Shown here: one piece after another, positions 11,649-26,231 of the stretch
How positions within the stretch are numbered: the first letter of the stretch is position 1
Layout of the letters: each line of letters begins with the position of its first letter
Assembly (NCBI GenBank): GCA_951406725.2
Contig: OX597829.1
Location: 8,246,001-8,310,000 of the forward strand
Length of the DNA: 64,000 nt
Reading direction: 5' to 3'
Origin: Octopus vulgaris
Taxonomy: Eukaryota
Program-made: the position numbers and the translations under genes
The notes under the pieces: generated by a model
Database searches by the model: none
Told to the model about the DNA's origin: nothing
What the model saw: the letters and a program-made list of their open reading frames with translations, nothing else

Positions 11649-12480
11649 CCAAGAGAGTTAGAGGTTGTAAATCCAACCAACTAAGGGATAATATCTATCC
11701 AATATACTGCTGGTAGAATACCCAATTATTAATACACAAGTGTTTATTCATTGCATGGCAATTACATTACCGAGTGTAATAAATGGGTGAGGGTAAAAAG
11801 TTGTTTTACTCTTAATTTATACAGCAATAAGAAAATGGAGGGGATGAAGAGGTGGTATTCATCAACTTTTAGACATATTATGTTTATTTATTAATTTATT
11901 TTTATAATGACAATTATAACAATATACATACATGTATAACATATTATGCTTTATATAAAATATAAAAATACCAGTAATTATTAAACTATATAACGTAGAG
12001 TATAGAAAGTAGGATACATATGCATATACATTTTAATATATGTATATGTATTTATATACATTTATGTATATGTGTGTATATGTAAATGTATGTATATATA
12101 TATATACATATGTATTTATATTTATAACTTAATCTTATGAACTTTCTAACCTATCTGACGAAGCCCAGAGACACACCCAAGTACCTTAATCTTATCTACC
12201 AAATACTTCAGTCTACTGGAGGGATAAAAGTAGAATGGGGTACTATGGCCTCTTGGCTGAAACAGCTGTAAGATATTATCTTACTTTCTATGTTCTACGT
12301 TATATATTTTAATAATTACTGGTATTTTTAGATTTTATATATTATATATGTAAAGCATATGTTATACATGTATGTATATTGTTATAATTGTCTTTTAAAG
12401 AATAAATAAGTTGACATAATATAATGTCTAAAAGTTTATGAATACCACATCTTGATCCCCTCCATTTTCTTGTTGCTGTA
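11645..12480. mobile_element. Non-coding PLE-like element: ~200-bp inverted arms around an HHR motif
   Basis: 11820-12016 is the reverse complement of 12277-12480. CTGACGA is at 12155 and GAAACAGCTGTA at 12259-12270. Assignment to PLEs is an inference. Confidence 0.7.
12151..12275 (+). ncRNA. Type I HHR motif with a long stem II and degenerate stem I
   Basis: CTGACGA-AGCCCAGAG...AGTACC...GGTACT...CTCTTGGCT-GAAA-CAGCTG-TA|AGAT. Stem I pairs poorly. Confidence 0.65.
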
Positions 12481-12748
12481 CACACACACACACACACACA
12501 CACACCCACACCCACACCCACACACACACCCACACACCCACACACCCACCCACACACACATATATATATATGCATTCTTCTCTGTAAATTTTAGAACGTA
12601 ATATTTATTGATCCACACTTATGTGCTCCTGTAAATACATACATTTAAATCTGTATATGTTCTTACGCATATGTACTTTGGTGTGTGAGGGAAGTGTATG
12701 TATATATGTATGCATATATATGTATGTTTATATATGCGTGTGTGTGTA

Positions 12749-12818
<70 letters not shown>

Positions 12819-13715
12819 AAATTTATGTACGATATATAGATTAAACTAATCCAGTGGTACTCACAAGAAAGCTCTTTAGTGGATCAAGCTGAAACCACAT
12901 AGGAACCAAATCAAAGGGGGTGTAGTGTGCAGTCCAATGCAGTTGAAATCCAATAAATTCAATTATTAATAATCATTTCATTAGGAGTGTTTGAAATATA
13001 AAGAAAGATCGGATATACGAGTTGAATATGCTTATTTATTTCACTAGTTGATATCAATATGATTATGATTGTTTCCTAGCCATCATAATAGAAAAATAAT
13101 TTATTTTATTGTATAATAAATTATCTTACATATTTGTATTAGCGTATATGTAATAAATTATATAGCACTAGTGTACAATTTAAAAGATGAAGAAAGCTTT
13201 CTCACATCCATTTATCAACTCAGTTTTTACGTACAAAAGCAGAAAGTCATCGTCGAAATAACTATGTATGGAAGACAACAATTAATAAAGAATAAAACCT
13301 TTTTTATAGAAAGGAGGAGGGGGATTTAGTAAGGTTTGTGGTGGTGGAAGGGAAGATTTCATATAAAATGAAATAGAGGTATGGTCATATATTTTACGTT
13401 AGTAATTTAGAAGTAAAATCAAGAGAAACAAAATGAAGGTAAAAAGAAATTAGGATGAGAAAAAGAAAGGCCGGGTAATAATATTATTATGGCAGATGGT
13501 AGAATATTGAACTATATATAAGATAAATAAATAGGAATAATAATAGAATGTATTAGTCAAGATAGTGATTAGGATAACGTTATTAATGGTATAAGACAGC
13601 TCGATAAATAGAAATTTAGGTATTTATAGATAATTCATAATTATTGTTAGTATCGGAGTACGGTTAAGATTTAAAAGGTCACTATACGCTAGATCACTCC
13701 TCCGCAACGGTTATC

Positions 13716-13852
<137 letters not shown>

Positions 13853-14240
13853 CATTGTGGCTGTGTGGTAAGTAGCTTGCTAACCAACCTCATGGTTCCG
13901 GGTTCAGTCCCACTGCGTGGCATCTTGGGCAAGTGTCTTCTGCTATAGCCCCGGGCCGACCAATGCCTTGTGAGTGGATTTGGTAGACGGAAACTGAAAG
14001 AAGCCTGTCGTATATATGTATGTGTGTTTGTGTGTCTGTGTTGGTCCCCCTAGCATTGCTTGACAACCGATGCTGGTGTGTTTACGTCCCCGTCACTTAG
14101 CGGTTCCGCAAAAAGAGACCGATAGAATAAGTACTGGGCTTACAAAGAATAAGTCCCGGGGTCGATTTGCTCGACTAAAGGCGGGGCTCCAGCATGGCCG
14201 CAGTCAAATGACTGAAACAAGTAAAAGAGAAAGAGAGAAA
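13853..14240 (+). mobile_element. tRNA-derived SINE family B (CORE-like), near full length
   Basis: A box tggctgtgtggtaag, B box gggttcagtccc, then ttgggcaagtgtcttctgctatagcc...ggaaactgaaagaagcc. Several copies occur in this window. Confidence 0.85.
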
Positions 14241-14796
14241 GAGTGTACAGTGCTCAGGTGCACTACAACTCATCTAAAGTGTATGTATAGTACATACACT
14301 CTATGTACAAGCATCAGGAAAAGAACAATGCACGAGTCATGACATACACATATGTGTATGAGTATGCCTTTTCATTATAAAATGCATCTACTTCTATAAA
14401 TCTTTTCATGTTACGCTACATCTTCCGTCTGGTCGTATATATTTTTGATGATTTTGTTTTATTTCATTGTTAATACTGTATAATTTTATTGTTTTTTTAT
14501 CACTTTAGATTTCGCCCCCCACCCATTTTTTTGTTTTTGTTTTAGGCTCCTTAACCGTCAAAATATTTCATTTATCTTAGCAACGTTTAACTTGCTTTTT
14601 ACATTTAGCCACCCACGTTCAAACCAGTTTATAACTGCTTATTTGATTTCATTTTTCCTCTCTCATTTTCCCATTCAACTTATGTATCCTATCCATTGCA
14701 ATTTGTCCTGGCCGTTTCTAATCGTTTCCTTTTGCTTCTAGAAAATTCTACCACGTCATTTGTAATTCTGTCCTTATATTCTACATACTTTTCATA

Positions 14797-14812
14797 TCTA
14801 TCTATCTGTCTG

Positions 14813-14907
<95 letters not shown>

Positions 14908-15070
14908 GTCTGTCTGTCTGCCAGTCTGTCTGCTAGTCTGTCTGTCTGTCTGTCTGCTTGCTTACCTACCTACCTACCTACCTACCTACCTACCTACCTA
15001 CCTACCTACTTACCTGCCTGTCTGCCTGCTTGCTTGTCCCCTCTGTCTTTCTGTCTGTCTATCTGTTTAT
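14797..15070. repeat. (TCTA)n/(TCTG)n/(CCTA)n array
   Basis: Directly visible. Confidence 0.95.
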
Positions 15071-15232
15071 CTACCTAATATGTGTGTGGTGCGTTTTCAA
15101 CGGTGGAACCTGCACTGAATAATCCTGTTCGGTCTATTTGTTCAATTAACATGTATCGCTTTCACTTCCTCGTATATTAAAACATCTTATTATTGATTTC
15201 TAATTCATGTATATGTAAATGCCATCTGTACT

Positions 15233-15307
<75 letters not shown>

Positions 15308-15456
15308 GCTAACATTAGTGTAGAACAGAATTCATACAGTAGGTATTTTAATATATTCTTGTAATCGTATTGTTTCGCAAACAGAAACTGAAAGCGAATG
15401 AAAACAGGTGAGAAAGAAAACAGACAGAAAAAGAAAGAGATAGAATGAGGTAAAGG

Positions 15457-15506
<50 letters not shown>

Positions 15507-16643
15507 GTGAGTGAGAGAGAGAGAGAGAGAAAGAGAAAGTGGGGGGGGGAGATACGAGAAAGTGAGATAGCGAAAAAAAAAATAGAGAAAGGAATAGGTG
15601 GGAGATAAGAATGATAGGGCAGAAGTATAGCTAAGTGTGTATCTTTCAGAACTTATGCAGTGTTTTAATTTGAGGATTTCTCCTGTTAACAAAATCTTTT
15701 TATTCCCCTACCACTACACTTTTCATATTGATAATTTTAAAAACCTTTTCCCTCCCCTGCTCCAGTGTTTGTGTTATTTGCTCGTATGAATTATTTGCTA
15801 ATATTTGCTAGATACCACATATACACACATACGTTCATATATGTACATACACACACGAAACCATAGCCCCATCTAGAATGGAAAGGCTGCGGAATTCCTT
15901 GGCGTTCTTCTCACTCTGTTTACTAGGAAACACTCATCTCTTTTTGCATTCTTCTTTACAAATGTTGTAATACATTTGTGCTGTTTTGGTTATATTAACG
16001 ATTTACAGATCTTCGAACGCCAATGGAACCTACTATTTACATTTTATATTTCGTTCACCAAATTTGTAATACGTGATTCTCTTGATAGCATGCACGCATT
16101 GCGAAAGTGTTTTGGTGTGTTTTCATTTCTTCATTTTGGTTTTAGTGACACAGCCAACCCCTTTATCATAGGGGAATCTCTTGGCCTTAGTTTGCTTCCA
16201 CTGATTTAGAAAGAATGGCCATTATTAGAGTTTTTGGTTTATTTGAAGAGCTTTGTCACTACTTGTCATACTAATCTATTGCCTGTTGGTACAAATACTT
16301 CGGTTGACAGTTTCTTATTCAGTTTACTCGAAGCAGACTTTAAGTACATTCGACAATATAGACCTAGATACACAGAGCCGAAAAGAAGGACGTGAAGGTC
16401 ACCACTGGAACGGATTTGATCATAGTCAGAACTAAGATGGGGTTAAACAACAAACTAGATTTTGTTTCCTTATTACACATTTTGTTAAATTTTGGTTTCC
16501 TTGTATTTTTATCTACCTTTACATCATGTGTTTGTAAATGTGTGGGTGTGTACTCGTGTGTATAGACGTGTGGTATAATTGACTATCACCATCAAAACAT
16601 TTTAGTATAACAATAAAATTCGTAATTCCGCATCACACCACCT

Positions 16644-16699
16644 GTTTTGCGTGGAAGAGAATACCCCATTCGTTTTGCGTGGAAGAGAATACCCCATTC
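16644..16699. repeat. Perfect 28-bp tandem duplication
   Basis: gttttgcgtggaagagaataccccattc twice in a row. Confidence 0.95.
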
Positions 16700-17519
16700 G
16701 TATATAAGTTACTGTTATCATGTCAACTGGGATCACAATTTCCATCGTCTTCTGTATGTGGGACTCAGCATACAGATGTGTTTGCCTGTGTCTGCTCTCT
16801 ATTGATAAGTGTGTCTGTCCGATGTGACGAATCTCTAAGTAACCCTTTTTTAACAAGCATATGGACATGATCACAAATATTTCCAACCAGTGAAAAATTA
16901 TCTGCCTTTTCCTGCATTTTGCTCACTAATTCTGTTTAACCCGCCCTCACCGTTCTTCTCTCTCTCTCTCTCTCTCTTCATCTACACACACACACACATA
17001 AACACACACATATGCATGTATATATCTATGTCTGCGTGTCTTTGTGACTCTGTCACCTCCCCCACATCTTGACAATCGGTGTTGGTGTGACTAACATATG
17101 TTTCTACTGCAACAACTGCACATTGCTCTGTATGCAATTATGCATGTTAGTCACTGCAATTTTATCAAAAGTCTATCGCGATATTTCGATAGCGTTATTT
17201 TTCAAAATCGAATTGAATTCTGGGGTTATAATCACCTCTACTGGTCTTACAGTTGAATCATGGTTTTAAATTGTTTATTATATTACATTTAATTGTTGCA
17301 ATTTTGTTTACATTTTTGTTGTACGGAGAACATTATTTAATTCAGAGGTATTTCTTTTATCGTGGTATTATATCCTCGATTAATATCATTGTTATTATAA
17401 CTATAATTATATTTATTAGTATTTTTTGCATAAATATCATTAATTATCAGAATTATTATCGTAACTAGTATAATTACTATAGATGGTAAGTTATGTTTAT
17501 TTAAGTCATTTAAACGTAT

Positions 17520-18100
17520 ATTTTGTCCAGCGTGGACATCTCAGTCTGTTCCTGTCTAGTGTTTATAAGAGTAAATTTAAAAGTGAATATTTGGTACATT
17601 TCCTCCACACAAGGGTCACATCTATTATCGCCTATTTTATAAGCTTTTGCTTGACTAATTATTTCTCAAGAATTCGAAAATACTTTGTTACTATCTTTAA
17701 GTGCCCAAATTAGCCTACTAAGGCTGGTAGTATTCATCTTATTCCTATTTCTAAACGAACTTAAATGATTGGCAAATCTCTGCTTAATATTACATGAGCT
17801 AGCTCCTATACAGAAGTACTCACTATTCTCTGAGGTAACCTTACATCTATATACGATGTTTTTATACCTACAATTAGAGTTAAACAGACATACCTTGTTC
17901 CTTACACAATTTCTATTAATATTATCCGCTTCACCTTCTGTAGATGTGGTTTCTATATTCTCCTGTCTATCTTCTAAGCTATCTTCTTGCACATCGACAG
18001 CATTCTGAGTACTGCGCCTTTTAAGATTCGCATCTACTTCCAGGTTAATGAGGAAGTTCGCTCGGGTTTCTTCTATTTTATTGGTTGTCAAACCATAGTT
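17520..18100 (-). mobile_element. Penelope-like retroelement GIY-YIG endonuclease remnant (Cys-rich type, resembling Naiad)
   Basis: ORF 17666-18091 has NCVRNKVCLFNSNC, NIVYRCKV, FCIGAS, KQRFANHLSSF and SLSRLIWALKD. Past one TGA it continues EIISQAKAYKIGDNRCDPCVEE..LINTRQE. Confidence 0.82.
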
Positions 18101-19284
18101 CCTAACGTGATACGTAGTTGTATTACTTATACATATGTATATATATTATGCACATACATATACACATATCTCATAGGCATACACATATTTTAATTTCTTT
18201 TTATGCCCCATGACTTAGCAATTCATTAAACAGGATTTTAAAAAAATAAGTAAAATAAGTAGTGGAGATCGATTAGACCCTTCAAGGCAGTATTCCCTCT
18301 TTGACCCAATGAATGAAATCAGTAAAACACTAAAAGAGTAAGTGTTTGTGCGTGTTTGTATGTGTGTGAGTAAGTATGTGTACATGCGCGCGCGCGTTTA
18401 TATCTCCATGCATATTGTATACACAACCTAAACAAGTTTAGGACTGCTTTAATACAGAGATACGTGCGCCATATCAGTGTTTGTTAGCGAGTGATTTGAG
18501 GAGGAAGTGAGGGAGAAAATGCAATGTGCGTGAGTGCGTTTGTGCGTGTATGTGTGTATGTATATGTGAGTGAGTGTGCAAATACGTTTGTATGTACGTC
18601 AGTGTTTTATATTCGTGCATATAGGGGAAGGGATAAATATATTAAAAACAAAATACGTGTCTTGACGTGTTGACACTTGTCCCAAAACGCTCTAAATCCT
18701 TCTTGTCTTTTACGTTTATGTTAACCCTACTTTAGCTGAGCGACAGTCTTATTAATTTCTAACAGACGCACCTTATTTTAGACTGGTGGTGGTTATAGTC
18801 GACTATGCTGAATGCAGCACTTGACTGGTACTTAATTTGAGCGATTACAGGAGAATGATGGGCAAAGCTGATTTCGCCGGATTTGAACTTAAATATCGCA
18901 AAATATTTTGTTCAATATTTAACTGATTCTATCAAGAGCTAGCTGTTTCCTCTCTGCATTATGCAGACGCAATGCGAGAGGGAACACCATTGGAGAACAG
19001 ACAAATTTTTCATGATCTTTCATCGATATTTAAGAATCAATTCCAGCGATAATAATTGCGCGCGCGTGTGTGTGTGTGTGTGTTACCCCTGTTTTTATTG
19101 GCACCATCAAAAGAAAAGAGGCAGCTTCTGTGGTTATCATTGCAAAACATTCAAGCTCTGATGGAAGAGAAGAAAAATTAACGAGTCAAAGATTAGCTAT
19201 TAACTATTACTTTGATCTCTTAACATTTTTAGCGTAAGACACGAATACATAATACACACATACATGCATGCATACACACACACA

Positions 19285-19435
19285 TATATACTACGGGTTC
19301 TTTTAGTTTCCATCTACTAAATCCACTCACAAGATTTTGGTCGGCCCGAGGGTACAGTAGAAACACTTGCCCAAGGTACCACTCAGTGGGACTGAACTCG
19401 GAACCATGTGGTTGAGAAGCAAGCTTCTTACTACA
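19285..19435 (-). mobile_element. SINE family B, 5' half
   Basis: Reverse complement of the head and core at 13855-14005. Confidence 0.8.
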
Positions 19436-20434
19436 TATTATGAAAGTTATCAATCGCAAAGTAAGATTTCTTTCTTTTCATCGGTTTGCACAAGGGAAAG
19501 TGTTATACTTGTAGTCTTCACAGGCTCTTTGAAACGAATGAGAGTGATGAACATTTTGGAAAGCAATGCCTGATAAAAAAAAGAAAAAAACATGCAGAGG
19601 GTTCAACATTCTAACAATGAAAGAATGAATATAATGGTTCGGCCGAGTCACGTAGATTTGGATACGATATACGTGATGAAGAAACATTTTACTCAGAAGA
19701 GACGGCACGAAACTGGCTTGTCTCAAAGAGAGTACCAATAAAGTTTTGATGTTAAAGTGAAAGGTTAGGAATTTGTATTTAGTACCGAGAAGGAAATTAG
19801 AAGATGATAAGCTTTCTGGGTTTACAGAGAAAATCAGTTTTTGCTAGGGTAAGATTATGCCCTCACTATGAGAAAGCCTCAGAGATGGAAAGAGAGAAAA
19901 GGAGAAAGAGAGGGAAAGAGTTTGAGAGAGAGAGAGAGAGAGGGGGGGAAAGAGGTTTGTTCTGAAGGACGAACTCTCAGCCCTTTACTGGTTCTATTTC
20001 ATTGAAATAAACCAAACTTAGTGGACTATTTGCTGGGTTTCAAGGAGGCAAAAGAGTTCATGGCATTTTCTGGCCATTCCAGATTGTTGAGATTGATGTC
20101 ATTCATGCACCCAGATCCAAGGAATTGAGGCCATTAAATTAGCATCAGAAAAGGCAGAAAAAAGAGGGAGCTCAGATGTGGGCCAGGAACTTGAACGTCT
20201 CTGTGACTTTATGGTAATCAGTTGGATGGCCCTTTTCGGAATGTGATCTAAGATGTTTGCGTGTTCATCACCAGTACCATCACAGATGTGAGAGCAGCTT
20301 GAACTTATAACATTGAAGCTTCAGCTACGCATGCCGACGACATATCTATCAGATTTAAACTTTGTACCAATGTTAGATATGAATATTAACATATCGTTTT
20401 GGGGATGGCGGAGTGAAAGATATACTTTAGCTTG

Positions 20435-20469
20435 TATTATTATTATTATCATAACTATTGTTGTTGTTG

Positions 20470-20536
<67 letters not shown>

Positions 20537-20795
20537 CATCATGATTATCATCATTATCATCACCATCATCATCATCATTATCATCACCATCATCATCATC
20601 ATTATCATCATCATCATCATCATTATTGCTGTTGTTGTTGTTGATGATATTTATTTTCACATTAATTTTCCCACAGAGCTCATAAACAAAGGTTATCTCT
20701 GCATTTTGCCTCTCCGAATTTGTTGTTATTGCTGTTGTTGTTGTTGTTGCTGTTGCTGTTGTTGTTGTTGGTGGTGGTGGTTGTGGTGGTTGCGG
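20435..20795. repeat. Trinucleotide low-complexity tract (ATT/CAT/GTT/GGT)
   Basis: Directly visible. Confidence 0.93.
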
Positions 20796-23700
20796 TGGGG
20801 ATGTTTAGTACCACGTTAGATCTCATCCAGCAAGTCTATGACGAAAGCATAATGACAATCCTACCTTCTTTTCATGCATTTAACCTACCCCTAAACCTAG
20901 CTTGCCGTTCGATCACAGAGAGAATCGCTCATAAGCATTGTGATTGATACGATAACCGCCAGAAATTGATTGATTCAAATAAACTCTGGAAGGAAAATGT
21001 GCTGAAATTGTTCCCTTTCACTGTAACGAAGTCGTCTTGTGTCAGAAATTATAACTACAACTTAGATTCTGATAATTTATATTTCTTAAGGTATATCATG
21101 AGGCGCAGATATAGCTGCTTTGTTAAGAAGATCGCTTTACAGCAACATGAACCGGGCTTTCCTCCAATGTATGGCACTTTGAGTAGTATCTTGTATCATA
21201 GCCTCGGACAAAACCGATTCCTTGTTTGTAAAAGTTTTTAGCAAAACATGGGCGGACGCCCGTCGGTTATGTATTAGAGCAGGGTAAACAGAATTTGTGT
21301 ATCACACAATAATATTTTGCATTTGAACCATGATCATATATATCAAATATGATATTTGCTATCTATCCGTTAGAAGATCGATAAGGTACTGGATATGATT
21401 ACTGGGTTCAATATAATCCTTTAGATAGAATCTCCTCCTTCTCCAAAGAGTATTATGTAATAATATGAGTATGTGATTAGATCCTTTAAGAACATTTATC
21501 TTTGTCATGCCTCGCCAGGAATTCAAACATTATTTCTCGTTATTGATTTGTCATTTTCTTAGTTGAAAATACGTTTCATGTAATATAAACCGAATACGCC
21601 GTTGGATGCCAGATATTTTATTAAAGTCATTTAATAAGTAATCGGAATTTATTTGGAACTGAGCATCAACTACAACGACGACGATGACAACAACAACCTC
21701 AACATTTGCAAAAGGCAACAAAAACTGATGTTCTCTTAAATATTTATAGAATTTACTAACACACAATAACCCTACTGACAACATACTTTTAAACGAAAAA
21801 TGTGATCTGAGCGAGATTTTGCTCCTAATTTCTATCATTTCAAAGCGCACGTAGACCACTAAAGAGGAATCATTCGTCTACAATTAAATTTGAAACCACA
21901 CACTAAAGACATCTCTAAAGATCATTAAAAACTAGTTTAAACCTTAGGTTCGGAACAGCAAGATATCGTTAGCTGTTTTTGAACTTTTAAATTTGAAAAA
22001 TGAAATTTTCCTTACTTTTCTCAGCATAGCCATATACTCCACTGGTTTTCATGCACCTATAATGCATTCCTGACATATCATTTGCAATTTCTTATTGACG
22101 TAAAATCTACCTCGATGGTTCGGCTTACAGGTGGTTTTTATTCTTACCCATAAGAAATAGGTGGCCATAACCCTGCATATAGATTTTCTTTTCAGGAAAT
22201 TCTTCCAGTTGGATGTTTGAAACACTCATGTATGCTTTTCTTCAATTATAATACCATTGAATTATAGGATTCTTTATAAAAAAATCAAATTGATCCCCGT
22301 GTTAGACTGATGCTTTATTATATAGAATCCCGCCTCAGAAGAACGAGAGGCAAATTTAACCTCGACAGGAATTGAACTCGGAAATGAAATACCGATGTTC
22401 TATCGATTCTACAAACTCTCAGTTATCATTATCACTGGATGTCAATACTCCTGTATGCAGTTTACTCAGTGCATAAGGTGCTTTTGGATTATTAATTTTA
22501 CTCGATTGATGGCCATTTAAAGTAATGTTTAAATACAAAATTAGGCTTGATAGATATAAATTCTACGTTTACGATGGATTTTCTCTGATAGCCCTCTATG
22601 TGAATAAAGTACTACAAAAGCTATTAGCTTCTCATTAAGCATGTTATGTCTCAAGAATTCCATTACCATCCATTACCGCTTTCTGCCACCTAAATAGTTA
22701 CATTGTTATTACCAGTAGAAAGGAGTGCTTCGCGCTTTGATCTAAGTTAGAAACAAATAGGATGAAAGTAATTAAAGCATTTGAGAATTACTAGATTTCT
22801 TCTTGTTTTATGCATGTGATTCATTAAAAGTAATTAGCGGTGTTAACTAAGTGAATGTAGTATAAGAGATCTTTTCTGTTGCGGGAGGAGTAAGAGAAGT
22901 GTAGTGAAACGAAGTAAAAAAATAGAGATAGATAGGTAGATAGATAGAGAAAGAGAGAGAGAGAGAGAAAGAAAGAAAGTGAGAGAGAGAGAGAGAGTGA
23001 AAGTGGATGAGAGAGAGAGAGAGAGAGAGTGAAAGTGGGTGAGAGAGAGAGATAGATTTGAACAAATCCATTTTCATTTAAAACATTTGAATCTATGTAA
23101 TAGCTTTGTCTGGAGGTTAACTTTGTAAATACAAGTGGCGATATAAATACATGAATGGACACCGCGTTGCTGATGTCGAATATAAAGCTCTTATCAACTG
23201 CGGTGAATTCAGTTTTTGTTTTGTTCATAATTTGTCATTATAATCTATTCCGGATACAGTCACACCAAATGTGTTTTCCTTTTTCTCCCCCGCAATGTTT
23301 GACTGTGACGATAGGGTGATTATAAAGAGTATTACGTTAAGCGGAATAACATAAAATATTAATTCATGAGCAACAATGTCACAGTCAAATTAAGTGATTT
23401 GGGGTCAGAGTTTTGGCTGTATCACAATAACCGTTATACGAGTACAAGCACAAATTATAATTTCTTTTTTCACTTATCTCACTGAATGAAACGATCTAAT
23501 TCCTTAATCTCAAGAGATTGTTATGAATTTAAACTATACTGTCCTGATACTGGTCTAGGTTATATTAAGTGCAGTTAACATTCTTCGTAAAATTATGGAG
23601 ATAAAAAAATAAAACAAAATATGCACAATTATGTTATTCTGTTTACTGATTGAGTCAAATTGCTCGAAAAGGTGACCAATAAAACAGATCAACAATTGAG

Positions 23701-24430
23701 ACTTTCAGTTTTAGAGTGTCAAGCAGAGGCTAAAGAAACTCATGTGATATTAGCGACTATATTAGGATGAAACAAAGAGAAAATCGTAATTCGATAGTTT
23801 TACTGAAGTTGAAGATAAATTCCGTTTTGAGGAAAGGTGAAGCCATATCTGGCGAGTCTGTTTTTTTCTGTCCGGGACTCTTACGAAATATTGTTGAAGA
23901 AGGAAACAAAACACTAATGTTCACATACGTCCACACTCGCGCACACACGCATATATACACGCGTATAGCTTTGTTAAGCGATACGCAAACAAACTAGTGG
24001 AGACGACAATACGTTTAAGTTTGGAAAATGTCGGAGTGGTGAGATTGGGGAGACTTACAGGAAGATTCGTTTAACACTCACAGTTGATAATCTTTTTGTT
24101 GTTCTTCTCCCACCGGAAGACCCTTTCACTGTTGACCAACTTCCTAGCTAGCGCTCAGCGAAGTTCCTGTCTACAGTTCGTCTGTCATGAATCTTGCCCT
24201 ACAAGCACACAGTTTCTATTTGGGGAATTCCACTTATAAGGGATTTGTCAGTACGATAGACTTCACCTCTTAGAGTGCCGCGTATTTGGATTGAATCTTA
24301 CAATACGTGGTTGCGAATAGAGATTCTTACGTATGCAACCAAGCACGCGCTTATGAATTTTTGTTCGAAGCAAACCCCACGTGGCCTGGGAGTGAGCACC
24401 CAGCTTTGAATAAATAGTAGACATCGCTTA

Positions 24431-24640
24431 GATGGCCAGCTGGCAGAATCGTTTGCATGCCAAGCAAAATGGTTTGCGGCACTTCGTCTGTCTTCGCGTT
24501 CTGGATTCAAACGCTACCAGGGTCAACTTTGCCCTTCATCCTTTTGAGCTGATAAAGTAAGTACCAGTTAAGTACCGGGGTCAATGTAATCGACTTACTC
24601 TCTCCTCCGAAATTGTTGGCTTTCTGCCAAAATTTAAATC
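24431..24640 (+). mobile_element. SINE family A, diverged monomer
   Basis: agctggcagaatcgtt...ggattcaaacgc...gcccttcatccttttgag...gtaccagtt. Confidence 0.75.
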
Positions 24641-24708
24641 AACATATTATATACACCGTATTGAGTACTTTGTCACCTGTTTGCATGCGCCAACGAATGC
24701 CCACGCTT

Positions 24709-24772
<64 letters not shown>

Positions 24773-24874
24773 CATACATATATATGTATACATACAATAA
24801 TATATATATACATATATATATACATATATATATGTATATATATATATATATAAATATGTATATATGTATATAGA

Positions 24875-24935
<61 letters not shown>

Positions 24936-25104
24936 TATGGAGTCTCCTGTGTCGTTAGGCAACGTATGAGGGCTCCTCAAATTCTAGCTGAACAATCAAG
25001 CATGTTTGTGTACACATAAGCCCACACCCCAATCAAATCAACATTACCTGTACAGGTACACAAGTGCACAACACGTTAGATGTCGAAAGGATCGAAATGC
25101 CGAA

Positions 25105-25222
25105 AGCAACGTGAAATGATGTGATTCACTCTGGAACGCTACGTACCACCCGGTCAGGGAATCGAATCTACGATCGCTAGATCATGAATGTAACACCCTA
25201 ACCACTAGGCTACGCGCCTTCA
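25105..25222 (-). mobile_element. tRNA-derived SINE family C head, diverged
   Basis: Minus strand aggcgcgtagcctagtggttagggtg...ttcgattccctgacc, similar to the heads at 33013 and 55146. Confidence 0.6.
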
Positions 25223-26007
25223 CACACATGCGCGTGCGCACATATATCTATAGCCTTATATTGAACCTTTCATGTCCTATTTTTTTGTGTAATTCCAAAA
25301 GGGTAAAGATTAAGCCTCCTGACCTCTTTCCTCGCAGTGATAAATGTATGATAGACGACTATAACCTTTTAAACTTTAAGGGATATGATAGGAGAGGCTG
25401 TAAAAGCGTGTGGTGAGATTAGGGTTATTCTTCTACGTAAAATGATATTAAATCGATTTGGGGAATGAAGCTAATTATGAATTAAAAATACTGTAACACA
25501 GAAATACAAACTATTAGAAAACAACTTCTTGTGGTATCTCATTAACATCTTTTTATATTCTGAGTTCGAATTACTTCTAGGCTAACTGAGCTTTCCGTTG
25601 CCGATACAAAGAGCATTTCTCAGTACTGGGATCGCTCGGTAGAAGTGTCTAGTCACTGGCCTTACAAAATTGCTGCTTGGAGCAAGAATAAGAAACAAGC
25701 TTTATTCGTTAGTTGCTAAAGAATTTTAATCCCACCAAGGGTCAGCTCGGCTTTTCATCTCTCCGATACCAGTTATTATTGTTTAGCTCTAAGTCAGCCC
25801 TGACCGAGAAGACTATGAGTGTAGGATATTTTTAGAGGCATTAGAACTATATTATTCAATGATTCATTTCTAAGACGGATGGACAGAGAGGTCATCAAAA
25901 CTGATGATATTGTGCAATCTACTATATCTTCATTCTACTTGGGTTTAGTCTTCTCATCTACAATTAAAAAATTAGTATATACACTTATAGTTCTGAATCA
26001 TTATTAT

Positions 26008-26222
26008 TTTCTACAGTATGCACAAGGCCCGAAAATTTTGGGGAGAGGGCTAGTCGATTTGATCGACTCCAGTATGTAACTGGTAGTTAATTTATCGACC
26101 TCGAAAGGTTGAAAGGCAAAGTGGACCTCGGCGGAATTTGAACTCAGAACATAAAGACAGACGAAATCTCGATAAGCATTTCACCCGGTGTGCTAACGTT
26201 TCTGCCAGCTCACCGCCGCCTT
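26008..26222 (-). mobile_element. SINE family A monomer
   Basis: Same head, core and tail as 9036-9433, with one core. Confidence 0.85.
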
Positions 26223-26231
26223 AATTCTGAA

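Noticed and set aside
13060-13260. Decayed minus-strand HHR in a PLE-UTR-like stretch
   Set aside because: Both core halves have several mismatches and cannot be told from chance.
16845-16905. SWIM-finger-like peptide GNICDHVHML on the minus strand
   Set aside because: The upstream CxC is missing and stops follow. Too short to call.
20040-20190. HERO/NeSL-like RLE end (AIKLASEKAEK..MW)
   Set aside because: Single weak motif with frameshifts.
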